From a bacterium (GTDB lineage Bacteria > Zhuqueibacterota > Zhuqueibacteria > Residuimicrobiales > Krinioviventaceae), in NCBI GenBank assembly GCA_963674595.2, contig CAXXFV010000016.1:576001-640000 (forward strand): DNA of 64,000 nucleotides, in the 5' to 3' direction. This document shows, in pieces, positions 9,626-18,783 of this stretch. The notes under the pieces are model-generated. The model was not told where the DNA came from. It saw only the letters and a list, made by a program, of their open reading frames with translations, and did no database searches. The position numbers were made by a program, and so were the translations under genes. Numbering within the stretch: position 1 is the first letter of the stretch; each line of letters starts with the position of its first letter.

Positions 9626-10081
9626 TTAGTTTTCTCCTTGAATAAATGTATCGTATATTGATTCAATCCTTTCAAGGTGTTTTTTTTCTTCCTCGGCCAG
9701 CCATAAGAGTATTTTTTTTGTTTCAGTATCCATAGCCATTTCAGCCGTTTTTAAATAAAATTTTTCTGCTATGCGTTCCCGTTTCATTGCAAAGATAAGG
9801 ACATCCTGAATATTGTCAACGGATTCAATTTGCTGGTCTGTTAAAAAATCAATAAATGAGGCATTGTCTTGCTTATCAGCAGTTATTTCAACCTTTAAGG
9901 AATTGGCATCAAGTTCAAGTAATTTTTCTTTATGTACTTTTTCTTCTGAAGCCAGGTCCTGAAACAATTGTTTGACTGATTTGTCTTGAGCCGCATCGCT
10001 TGATTTTTGATAAATTTGTTGCGCTTCTATCTCTTTTTCAATAGCTTTTTCAATTATAGTTTTACTATCCAGTTTTTCCAT
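9626..10081 (-). CDS. Ferritin-like / rubrerythrin-family di-iron protein
   Basis: KEIEAQQIY..EEKVH and RERIAEKFY..EEKKH repeats; start set at ATG (complement 10079-10081). Confidence 0.85.
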   Translation of the reverse strand: MEKLDSKTIIEKAIEKEIEAQQIYQKSSDAAQDKSVKQLFQDLASEEKVHKEKLLELDANSLKVEITADKQDNASFIDFLTDQQIESVDNIQDVLIFAMKRERIAEKFYLKTAEMAMDTETKKILLWLAEEEKKHLERIESIYDTFIQGEN

Positions 10082-10191
10082 ATAGCCTTTTTCCTTGTTT
10101 TTTCGTTTTTTAAAATGTATCAAATCCTGTAACAATAATCAATAGCCAGTTTACTGTTTTAATCATAATACTGAAAATGATAAAAAAATTC

Positions 10192-10220
10192 TTGCGTTAC
10201 TTTAATACAAATAGTATATT
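10192..10220 (+). promoter_or_regulatory. sigma-70-type promoter candidate
   Basis: TTGCGT, 17-nt spacer, TATATT upstream of the phosphoesterase-mglBA cassette. Confidence 0.5.
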
Positions 10221-10275
10221 GAGTGAATAGTGCCTGTGCTTATATGTTGGCCGAGTTCAAGATGTTGAGGATTGT

Positions 10276-11001
10276 GTGAAATTAGGCATATTTTCAGATA
10301 TCCATGGTAACCTGTCGGCAGCTAAGGCTGTTTTGAAAGACCTGGAAAAGCAGAATTGTGATAAAATTATTTGTTTGGGCGACCTTGTTGGTTATGGCCC
10401 TTATCCTAATGAATGTATTGATCTTGTGAAAAAAGAGGCTGATGTAATTCTTGCCGGTAATCACGATCATGCTGCCATTGGATATACAAATGTTATGAGT
10501 TTTAATGTATATGCCAGATCATCTGCCGAATGGACGTTAAAAAGGTTATCCGATGAAAATCGTGAGTTTTTAGAATCATTACCTCTGACTCATTCGGAAA
10601 ACGATGTATTCTTTGTTCATGCAAGTCCGGTTAAACCAAAGGAATGGAATTATGTTTTAACAGAACATAAAGCCGAGCGGGCATTTGAATGTTTTCAGGA
10701 AAAAATATGTTTTATCGGTCATTCACATGTGCCCGTTGTCTTTTTTAAAAACGAAAACGATATAGCCGTAGAATTAAAAGAAACAGAATTTTTTGCAAAT
10801 GATCATAGATATATAATAAACGTAGGCAGCGTAGGGCAGCCAAGAGACCGAAATTCGTGTGCTTGTTATGCAACTTTTGATCTGGAGAACAAATTTTTTA
10901 AATTATTTAGAATTGAATACGATATAGAATCAACACAAAAAGCCATGTTGGATTTTGATTTGCCGGTTTTTTTAGTAAAACGGCTGCAGTATGGTAATTA
11001 A
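10276..11001 (+). CDS. Metallophosphoesterase (YfcE/MJ0936-like calcineurin-like family)
   Basis: SDIHGN, GDLVGYG, GNHD, HAS, GHSH and NVGSVGQPRD motifs; GTG start with GAGG. Confidence 0.9.
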   Translation: MKLGIFSDIHGNLSAAKAVLKDLEKQNCDKIICLGDLVGYGPYPNECIDLVKKEADVILAGNHDHAAIGYTNVMSFNVYARSSAEWTLKRLSDENREFLESLPLTHSENDVFFVHASPVKPKEWNYVLTEHKAERAFECFQEKICFIGHSHVPVVFFKNENDIAVELKETEFFANDHRYIINVGSVGQPRDRNSCACYATFDLENKFFKLFRIEYDIESTQKAMLDFDLPVFLVKRLQYGN

Positions 11002-11038
11002 CCGGGGGAAAGTAAATAAAAGGAAAAGAGGCGTCATT

Positions 11039-11548
11039 ATGCAACCAAAGAACAGCAACAATGGGAAACGTCTGGTATTTTCCGAGGAAAGCTACGACAA
11101 AATAAATCGCACCCTTCAGGAACTCGCAAAACGGCTTCCTGCTCAGCTCTGTGTCTTTGCCGATAAGAATGGATATGTGATTAGTTATTTTGGGCTGGAT
11201 TCTGAAATCGACTTGACCTCACTAACGGCTTTGTCTGCCGGGGCTTTTTCTGCCACCGTGGAAATTGCTTCCCAAATCGGAGAATCAGATCAGTTTAAAT
11301 TTATCAATCATGAAGGACAAAAAAACAATCTCTATTTAAGCAGCATTTCAGATCATTATATGATGATCATTGTTTGTGACAAGAGTGTTGCTGCCGGAAT
11401 GGTAAGGGTTTTAACTCATCATGCTATTCAACGAATCGAAAGTCTGATAGCGGAATTAAAGCTGGAAAATAAAAAAGCTATGCAATATATAGACGTTGAA
11501 TTTGGCAGTTTATTGACAAGTGAGTTAAACAGAACTTTTGGCCTGTAA
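11039..11548 (+). CDS. mglB: Roadblock/LC7 protein, MglB-like GAP
   Basis: DKNGYVI, SLTALSAGAFSATVEIA, HEGQKNNLY and GMVRV resemble MglB; directly upstream of an mglA homolog. Confidence 0.8.
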   Translation: MQPKNSNNGKRLVFSEESYDKINRTLQELAKRLPAQLCVFADKNGYVISYFGLDSEIDLTSLTALSAGAFSATVEIASQIGESDQFKFINHEGQKNNLYLSSISDHYMMIIVCDKSVAAGMVRVLTHHAIQRIESLIAELKLENKKAMQYIDVEFGSLLTSELNRTFGL

Positions 11549-11556
11549 AAAACATC

Positions 11557-12135
11557 ATGTATATCGATCATTTTCGGCAAGAAATTTTTTTTAAAATTGT
11601 TTATTATGGACCAGGTCTGGGAGGAAAAACAACGAATTTAGAGTATATTCATGCTCATATCGATCCTTCCAGAAGAAGTAAACTCGTCTCTTTAAAGACA
11701 AAAGAAGAACGAACGCTTTATTTTGATTTTCTTCAACTGGAAGTAGGTCGCATTAAAGGGATGAAGCCGCGGTTCCATCTTTATACGATCCCAGGTCAAT
11801 TACAATATGGCGCCAGCCGTCAATTGATTTTAAAAAATGCGGATGCTGTTGTCTTTGTTGCAGACTCTCAGTCCGCACGGTTGAGAGATAATTTGGAAAC
11901 CTTGGCCGACCTGGAACGTAAACTGATAAAAATGAACAAAACCCTGGCAACGTTTCCCTGGGTTATGCAATATAATAAACGTGATTTGAATAATTCTGCG
12001 CCTTTGAGTCGGTTACAGGCTCGGTTAAATTTTATTAATGTGCCTTTTTATGAAGCTGTTGCCAGAGACGGTAACGGCGTATTTGAAACATTAAAATCTG
12101 TTATCGAATTAACTGTACAAAAAATGTTGGATTAG
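11557..12135 (+). CDS. mglA: MglA-family small Ras-like GTPase
   Basis: KIVYYGPGLGGKTTNL, ERTLYFDF, LYTIPGQ, VFVADS and QYNKRD closely match Myxococcus MglA. Confidence 0.93.
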   Translation: MYIDHFRQEIFFKIVYYGPGLGGKTTNLEYIHAHIDPSRRSKLVSLKTKEERTLYFDFLQLEVGRIKGMKPRFHLYTIPGQLQYGASRQLILKNADAVVFVADSQSARLRDNLETLADLERKLIKMNKTLATFPWVMQYNKRDLNNSAPLSRLQARLNFINVPFYEAVARDGNGVFETLKSVIELTVQKMLD

Positions 12136-12156
12136 CTATACATTTTCAGGTAAAGC

Positions 12157-12591
12157 GTGAGTGGAGGGAAAAATAATTTTATGAATAATTCAACAATAAA
12201 AATAGATAATAACGAACCGGTAGCTTTACAAAAAAAAATAGAGTTGTTGCTCAAAGAGAGTGTATGCACAGGTGAGTTGGAAGCCATGTTTTTATATGAC
12301 CAACAGGGCTTACCAATTGCAGGTTTCAGCAGTAACACCAATCTTGGGGAAATGATGGCCGTAGAAATTTCTGTTTTGATTATGACGATTAAAGATAAAT
12401 TGTCTCAGCTTGGAAATAATTCCGGCCTGAAAGAAATTTTAATAGAAAATGAAGAATCAAAGCGCTTTGTGTTTCGGTTTATTCCTTTTTATCATGAAAG
12501 TGCTGTTTTAGTTGTTGTTGTCCCGCCACGTAAAAGATATCGAGCTATAGTTAATCGCTTTACTAAAGCTTTCTTGAAATTGGATTTCTAA
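12157..12591 (+). CDS. Second roadblock/longin-like small protein
   Basis: helix-(LYDQQGLPIA)-helix-3 strands-helix pattern of roadblock folds; adjacent to mglA; start may be ATG 12181. Confidence 0.6.
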   Translation: MSGGKNNFMNNSTIKIDNNEPVALQKKIELLLKESVCTGELEAMFLYDQQGLPIAGFSSNTNLGEMMAVEISVLIMTIKDKLSQLGNNSGLKEILIENEESKRFVFRFIPFYHESAVLVVVVPPRKRYRAIVNRFTKAFLKLDF

Positions 12592-12614
12592 AATATTCCG
12601 GAATTATAGATAAT

Positions 12615-13928
12615 ATGACATCCACCCGTCCTGCTAAACCACCACTCTCTGCTACAATTTCATGGATTTTATATGATTTTGCCAATACCGCCTATTCCAT
12701 GAATGTAGTATCTTTGTATTTCAGTACATGGATCATTCTTGATTTAGCCCAGCGAGATATATGGGTCTCTGCGGCCAACTCTTTATCCATGCTTTTAGTT
12801 GCCATAAGTATGCCTGTTTTAGGTGACTGGTCGGATCATAAGGGGAAAAAAGTATCTCTTTTATTGTTATTTACAGCCGTTTGTATTTTGGGTACCGCCG
12901 GCATGGGCACCGGAGGATTTACAATAAATAATGTGGCTATTTTGGTCCCCCTGATGTTGTTTTTTTATACGATTTCAAATTATGCTTATCAGGGCGGTCT
13001 TGTTTTTTATAATGCATTAATGCCGCATGTCAGTACCCCACGCACAATCGGGCGTATTTCCGGATATGGTGTTGCCTTGGGTTATCTGGGATCGGTTACC
13101 GGACTGATGATTGCCCGTGCCTTTGTTGAAGGCGATTTTTTTGGTATGAATATTTCATTCATTCAGGGCCAGGGAACGGCCGGCGCGTTCTTCCCGACAG
13201 CTATAATTTTTCTGATCTTTTCAATTCCGCTGTTTATCTTTGTTAAAGAACCAAAGGTGCAGGTTGATCAGGAAAATGACTGGAGCGTGTCAACGTCCTA
13301 TAAAAAAGTTTGGATGATTTTAAAGGATACACAAAAATATCCCGGTCTTTTACGGTTTTTAATAGCCAAGCTTTTTTACGAAGACAGTGTGCAGACGATT
13401 ATTTTATTTATGGGTGTTTATACCCAGGCCGTAATGGGATTTTCAAGAGCTGAAGCAAACCAGTTTTTTATTGTTGTTATTCCTTCGGCCATTATAGGGT
13501 CCGCACTTTGTGGAATTTTAACAGACCATTATGGTCCGAAAAAGACATTATTAGGCGTTATCTTTCTCTGGGTCATTTCCTTAATATGTGTAATATTAAT
13601 AACAAACCAATTTGCTTTTTGGATTATCGGATGTGTTATTGGTGCACTGCTTGGTTCTGTTTGGACGGCTGCACGCCCGCTGCTGATATCACTGGTTCCA
13701 AGTCACATGTTGGGAGAATTTTTTGGCTTGTATGCCCTTTCGGGTAAAGTCGCTGCCATACTGGGTCCGTTAATCTGGAGCTTGACGACTTTTTTGTTTA
13801 ACGATTTTGGTGATGCCATAAAATATAAAGCGGCCATCGGTGCCTTGTTGATTATCATGTCAATTGGATTTTTTATTTTGATACCTGTTCCGGATTTTCA
13901 TAAAAAACAAAAATCCGGCAGATTATAA
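12615..13928 (+). CDS. MFS transporter (UMF1/ATG22-like)
   Basis: SWILYDFANTAY, GRISGYGVALGYLG and GEFFGLYALSGK motifs; about 12 TM helices. Confidence 0.88.
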   Translation: MTSTRPAKPPLSATISWILYDFANTAYSMNVVSLYFSTWIILDLAQRDIWVSAANSLSMLLVAISMPVLGDWSDHKGKKVSLLLLFTAVCILGTAGMGTGGFTINNVAILVPLMLFFYTISNYAYQGGLVFYNALMPHVSTPRTIGRISGYGVALGYLGSVTGLMIARAFVEGDFFGMNISFIQGQGTAGAFFPTAIIFLIFSIPLFIFVKEPKVQVDQENDWSVSTSYKKVWMILKDTQKYPGLLRFLIAKLFYEDSVQTIILFMGVYTQAVMGFSRAEANQFFIVVIPSAIIGSALCGILTDHYGPKKTLLGVIFLWVISLICVILITNQFAFWIIGCVIGALLGSVWTAARPLLISLVPSHMLGEFFGLYALSGKVAAILGPLIWSLTTFLFNDFGDAIKYKAAIGALLIIMSIGFFILIPVPDFHKKQKSGRL

Positions 13929-14099
13929 TTCCAGTGAATTGATGCTTTGATGTTTAGTATATTTTGCTTAAACTGTACAATATATTTTTTTAATATTTTC
14001 CAAGTGTTGACCAAAAGTAACGTAATTTATATTTGAGTAAATATTTTATTTTCACATAATTATATTATAAATAGTTAGTTGGGTTATTTTTTGGTTGTT

Positions 14100-14115
14100 T
14101 GGCTCAGTTATTGCA
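14100..14115 (+). promoter_or_regulatory. sigma-54 (-24/-12) promoter candidate for the polysaccharide locus
   Basis: TGGCTCAGTTATTGCA: GG-N10-GC with one mismatch to TGGCACRNNNNTTGCW, in an AT-rich intergenic region. Confidence 0.6.
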
Positions 14116-14263
14116 TTTTAGAAAAATTTAAGATTTTAGGTTTTAATTGTTTCTTAAACGCCACAAAAGAAATGGTGTTAATTTTACGCAATATTTATGT
14201 ATCGTTAATATATAATAAGTATATAATAAAATATATTTAATCCTAAACCAAAAGTGAGTTTTG

Positions 14264-14845
14264 ATGAAAACAAAAAATCTGACTGTCCTGTTTCTTTTCT
14301 TTTCATTTTCTGTTTTATTGGGTCAAACCACTACTGATGATGATCCTCAAAAAACTCCTGGTTACCTTCTCGGTGAAGAACAGCAACTCGAGATGATCGT
14401 CCATATTTGGGGTGAAGTTAAAAATCCTGGTGAATTTCGAGTTCCCTATAATATTAATGTATTGGAATTAATGTCAAAAGCCGGCGGCCCCACAGAGTAT
14501 GCGGATATTTCCAAAGTAAGCATTACCAGAGAGTCTGAAAGTTGGTTTCTCACTCAGGATGCTTTAAAAACTTTGGTTGCTGAATCACGTGCCGGAAGAA
14601 TAACGGAAGAAAAACTGGACGAGTCATTAAAAACTCATTTTGCTCGTCGTATAATGAAATATAATGTAGACAAGTATTTAAAAGATAAACAAGGTTTAAA
14701 TCCTCCGCCGGAATTACAGCCGGGTGATGTTGTTGTCGTTCCACACAATTCCTGGCATCGGTGGCGAGAAATAGTACGTGTGGCTCATGAAGTTGCAGTT
14801 ATTGCCAGCGTTTATGTATGGTATTTGAGATCTAAAAATGATTAG
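14264..14845 (+). CDS. SLBB-domain polysaccharide export protein (minimal Wza/OPX-like)
   Basis: VHIWGEVKNPGEF, AGGPTEYAD, LQPGDVVVVP; C-terminal amphipathic helix; first gene before wzc. Confidence 0.8.
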   Translation: MKTKNLTVLFLFFSFSVLLGQTTTDDDPQKTPGYLLGEEQQLEMIVHIWGEVKNPGEFRVPYNINVLELMSKAGGPTEYADISKVSITRESESWFLTQDALKTLVAESRAGRITEEKLDESLKTHFARRIMKYNVDKYLKDKQGLNPPPELQPGDVVVVPHNSWHRWREIVRVAHEVAVIASVYVWYLRSKND

Positions 14846-14859
14846 CGAGAAGTGTTTTT

Positions 14860-17220
14860 ATGCAAATGAATGATAAAGAACAATTACCTACATATTCTTT
14901 GATGAATATTTTCATCCGAAGAGGATGGTATATTGTCTTGTGCCTTTTAGCGGTGCTGGTACCGATTATTTATTATAATCAAACAGCAACACCCACTTAT
15001 GAAGCGGTAACAACAATTATCTATGAAGAACCGCGCCATGTAAATATGACCGGAACTTCGCCACAGTATGACACTTTTGGCAAAGAAACTTTGGTAAATC
15101 AGATACAGGAAATTCAGAGTCGTGCTATCGCTTTAGAAGTTGTTAAATCATTACCGTCAAAAGTATTGCAACAAATTCCTTTACCTGAGGAAAAGCCTTC
15201 TGATTTTGAACCAAAAGCTTTTTATGCTGCCGTTGTACGAGATAATATTCTGGCAGCTCCAATTGCAGAATCGGACGTTATTCAGATCAAAGCACGGGCA
15301 AGTGATGCCTATGGCGCTATGGTGATTGCCAACACAATTACCAATGTGTTAAAAGAAAGAAACCTTCGTATTCGTAAAGATGAAGTTAGTGGTGTACGAG
15401 CTTTTATTGAAGAACAACGTGATAACTATAAAGAGAAACTTGAAGAATCTGAAACACGTTTGCGAAATTTTAAAGAACGTAATCGTGTGACTTCCCTTGA
15501 TAAAGAAGTGGATGAAGTATTACAACGTATTACCCATATTGATGTATTATATCAGGAAACCAAAGCAAATCGGGAAAAGACCCAGGAAAGCCTTGTAGTC
15601 ATTCAGGATAAAATAAACAAACAACAGAAAAACCTGGTGCCTTCCATTTCTGATATTTCGACACAAGTTGTGAAACAGTTGAAAGAACAATTGGCCCAGT
15701 TACAGGACCAGTACATTCGGTTGCAATTACAGGGTATCCCTGAAAATAATACCCGAATGGTGCAAATGCGTGCTGATATGCAGCGGATACGTGATAATCT
15801 CGCTGAAGAAGCCACAAAAATTGCCGAAGCAGATAATGTTATCGATCCATTGTCACAAATTTCCAACTTGTATCAGCAAAAAATTACAATGGAATTGCAA
15901 TTGGAAACATATCGTACCCAGGAACGATCTTTGGCTGATGCAATTAAACAATATGAAGGAAAGCTTACTAACCTGCCGACAAAAGAATATGAACTGGCCA
16001 GATTAACCAGGGACCGTGAACTGGCAAATAATATTTATATCATGCTGTCCGAACGCCGTGAAGAAGCGCGTATCAGCGAAGCTGAAAAAGTTGGTAATAT
16101 GCGGGTCATCGATAAGGCAGAAATGCCCAAAAAACCGGTAAGCCCGCGCAAGCAATTGAACCTTGCCATTGGCCTGATGTTGGGATTAACGATGGGTTTA
16201 GGTCTTGCTTTCTTTTTAGAATCTCTGGATACTTCTCTAAAAACGCCTGATGAAGTTGAAAAGAAAACAGGCCTTACAATCATCGGCTCCATCCCGAGAA
16301 TTAGGGCGACAAAGGGTAGTGAAAAAGATGACAAGGAAACAACGAGAGAGTTGGGGCAGCCTTCCAATCGTCTTATAACATACAGACGACCCTCGGCTCC
16401 TGCTTCTGAAGCTTATAGAACATTAAGGACCAATTTACAATTTTCTGATGTATCTGATAATGTCGGCACAATTATGTTGACCAGTTCCGGCCCGCGTGAA
16501 GGAAAATCAACGACCGTAGCTAATATTGCTGTGACTACGGCCCAAATGGGGCTTAAAACACTTGTTGTGGACGCTGATTTAAGGCGTCCGACGATACACA
16601 TGATTTTTGGGTTACATAGAGAACCGGGATTGTCAGATATTTTGCAGCATTTTAATAACAATGGTTCGCCGGCTGATGTTATGACAATAGTTGACGGAAA
16701 AGTATCAGAAGAATCTGACGATACTTTGGATTCAAAACTGCCATTAAAGCAGGCCTCGATACGAGCCAAAAAAACACTCCAAAAAATTGCGTCGCTGGAT
16801 GTTGCCATTAGTGAAGCTGTACAATCTACTGGTATTGCAAAACTGGATGTATTGACCTGCGGTACACTTCCTTTTAATCCATCCGAGGTTTTAGCCAGTG
16901 AAACAATGCGTGATATTTTGACATTAACCAAAGAAAAGTATGATTTTATTTTTATTGATGCACCTCCAATTATCGCCGTTACGGACGCGGCTGTTTTGGC
17001 CCCCCATGTGGATGGCGTTGCTTTGGTTATTGAATCCGGGCGAAATGACCGAGAAATCGTCTTAAAAGCAAAAGGATTGTTAAACCGTGTGGGTGATAAT
17101 TTAGTCGGTGCGATTCTTAATAATGTGCCGGAAAAAAATCTATACGGCGATTATAATTATTATTATACTTATTATTCTGAAAGAGATCAAAAATCCACTA
17201 AAAAAACCAAAAAAAGTTAA
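14860..17220 (+). CDS. wzc: Wzc-type polysaccharide co-polymerase / tyrosine autokinase
   Basis: Two TM helices flanking a coiled coil; EAYRTLRTNL; Walker A GPREGKST; DADLRRP; IDAPP; Tyr cluster YGDYNYYYTYY. Confidence 0.93.
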   Translation: MQMNDKEQLPTYSLMNIFIRRGWYIVLCLLAVLVPIIYYNQTATPTYEAVTTIIYEEPRHVNMTGTSPQYDTFGKETLVNQIQEIQSRAIALEVVKSLPSKVLQQIPLPEEKPSDFEPKAFYAAVVRDNILAAPIAESDVIQIKARASDAYGAMVIANTITNVLKERNLRIRKDEVSGVRAFIEEQRDNYKEKLEESETRLRNFKERNRVTSLDKEVDEVLQRITHIDVLYQETKANREKTQESLVVIQDKINKQQKNLVPSISDISTQVVKQLKEQLAQLQDQYIRLQLQGIPENNTRMVQMRADMQRIRDNLAEEATKIAEADNVIDPLSQISNLYQQKITMELQLETYRTQERSLADAIKQYEGKLTNLPTKEYELARLTRDRELANNIYIMLSERREEARISEAEKVGNMRVIDKAEMPKKPVSPRKQLNLAIGLMLGLTMGLGLAFFLESLDTSLKTPDEVEKKTGLTIIGSIPRIRATKGSEKDDKETTRELGQPSNRLITYRRPSAPASEAYRTLRTNLQFSDVSDNVGTIMLTSSGPREGKSTTVANIAVTTAQMGLKTLVVDADLRRPTIHMIFGLHREPGLSDILQHFNNNGSPADVMTIVDGKVSEESDDTLDSKLPLKQASIRAKKTLQKIASLDVAISEAVQSTGIAKLDVLTCGTLPFNPSEVLASETMRDILTLTKEKYDFIFIDAPPIIAVTDAAVLAPHVDGVALVIESGRNDREIVLKAKGLLNRVGDNLVGAILNNVPEKNLYGDYNYYYTYYSERDQKSTKKTKKS

Positions 17221-17304
17221 TTTATAACTATACAACATAATATTCCCAGTGATTATGTGTTGATGTGATGATGGGTGTTGTGTTTTTTTTAACGGGAATT
17301 AAAT

Positions 17305-18741
17305 ATGACAAATTTGCGACGAAAATTACTTGCCAAAGGGACACGTTTTCTTGATCTGTTGGCAATGGTCATTACTTTTTCTCTTTCTTTGTATTTATTT
17401 GCACCTGCCGACGCACCTCAAGACCTGATTGGTTTTTTTACACAAAAAATTAAGGTTATAAATGTTATCGCTTTGACAGGGCTTGTTATTGGCTGGGTAC
17501 GATTGTTTCGATATTTCGGCCTATACGAGGTAAGAAGATTTGGTAAAATCTATCTGGAATGGCTGGATATTATTAAAGCTGTAACAGTAAATGTGTTGTT
17601 GCTAGCTGCCATAGGTATATTTTTTACCCGACGCAATATTACAAAGGAAGTATTGCTGGCATTTTGGTCCTCTAATATTGTCTTGACGATTTTGTTTCGA
17701 GCCATTGTTCGTGAATATCTCATATCTTTGCGTAACAAGGGAAGGAATCTTCGGTTTGTTGTGTTTGTCGGAACCAATCCACGTGCTTTAGACTTTGCTC
17801 AAAAAATACTTCAGCGCAGAGAATTAGGATTTCGACTTTTAGGTTTTGTAGACGACCAATATGGCTCAATTCATGATAATTTTCCAAAGGCAAAACATTT
17901 ATGCACGTTGGACGAATTTCCTGCTTTTCTTGAAAATAATATTGTAGATGAGGTTTTTATAATTCTTCCGATAAAATCATATTATGAGCAAATTCATAAA
18001 ATTATTGGTCTTTGTGAGGAATTAGGTGTTGTCTGTCGTGTTCCTTCTCATTGGTTTGATTTTCGTACAGCCAAAACATCCGCTTTTGATCTGGACGGAA
18101 TACCTGTAATGACAATTTATACCGGTTCCAATAATCAAATGGAATATCTGTGGATAAAGCGCGTTTTGGATGTTGTTATTTCATCGCTGATGATGGTTTT
18201 AGCAGCACCGATGTTTGCAGTTATTCCGCTTCTTTTAAAAGTTACATCAAAAGGACCTGTGTTTTTTTCGCAAGAACGAATTGGTTATAATAAACGTCGT
18301 TTTAAAATGTTAAAGTTTCGAACAATGGTGGAAAATGCAGAGATGCTTCAATCAGAGTTGGAACATTTAAACGAAGCTGATGGACCTGCCTTTAAGATCA
18401 ATAATGATCCCAGAATAACTTCTGTAGGAAAGTGGCTTCGTAAAACAAGTCTCGATGAAATACCACAGCTCATTAATGTGTTATTGGGTGATATGAGTTT
18501 GGTAGGGCCAAGACCTTTGCCTGTTCGCGACGTTGAAGGAATTGATGAAAGATGGCAAAAACGAAGGTTTAGTATGCGGCCTGGTCTAACATGTTTGTGG
18601 CAGATAAATGGAAGAAATAATTTGCTTTTTAAGGATTGGATGCGGTTAGACCTTGAATATATCGATCAATGGTCTATTTCACTCGATTTTAAAATACTGT
18701 TCAAGACAATTCCTGCTATTTTAAAAGCCACAGGACAATGA
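17305..18741 (+). CDS. Priming undecaprenyl-phosphate sugar-phosphate transferase (WcaJ/WbaP family)
   Basis: KRVLD, KFRTM, DPRIT, SLDEIPQLINVLLGDMSLVGPRP and PGLTCLWQ motifs. Confidence 0.93.
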   Translation: MTNLRRKLLAKGTRFLDLLAMVITFSLSLYLFAPADAPQDLIGFFTQKIKVINVIALTGLVIGWVRLFRYFGLYEVRRFGKIYLEWLDIIKAVTVNVLLLAAIGIFFTRRNITKEVLLAFWSSNIVLTILFRAIVREYLISLRNKGRNLRFVVFVGTNPRALDFAQKILQRRELGFRLLGFVDDQYGSIHDNFPKAKHLCTLDEFPAFLENNIVDEVFIILPIKSYYEQIHKIIGLCEELGVVCRVPSHWFDFRTAKTSAFDLDGIPVMTIYTGSNNQMEYLWIKRVLDVVISSLMMVLAAPMFAVIPLLLKVTSKGPVFFSQERIGYNKRRFKMLKFRTMVENAEMLQSELEHLNEADGPAFKINNDPRITSVGKWLRKTSLDEIPQLINVLLGDMSLVGPRPLPVRDVEGIDERWQKRRFSMRPGLTCLWQINGRNNLLFKDWMRLDLEYIDQWSISLDFKILFKTIPAILKATGQ

Positions 18742-18783
18742 TTTGTGAATCAGGCTGGATGATTATTTTGGTTGGAGACATAT

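Noticed and set aside
1339-10081. Selenocysteine or stop-codon readthrough in the redox genes
   Set aside because: The thioredoxin-like, peroxiredoxin and ferritin-like ORFs are full length with no in-frame TGA at catalytic positions.
14060-14080. IHF site upstream of the sigma-54 motif
   Set aside because: TATAAATAGTTA is only a weak match to WATCAANNNNTTR in an AT-rich background.
17143-17176. TAT-rich low-complexity tract
   Set aside because: It encodes the normal Wzc C-terminal tyrosine cluster.
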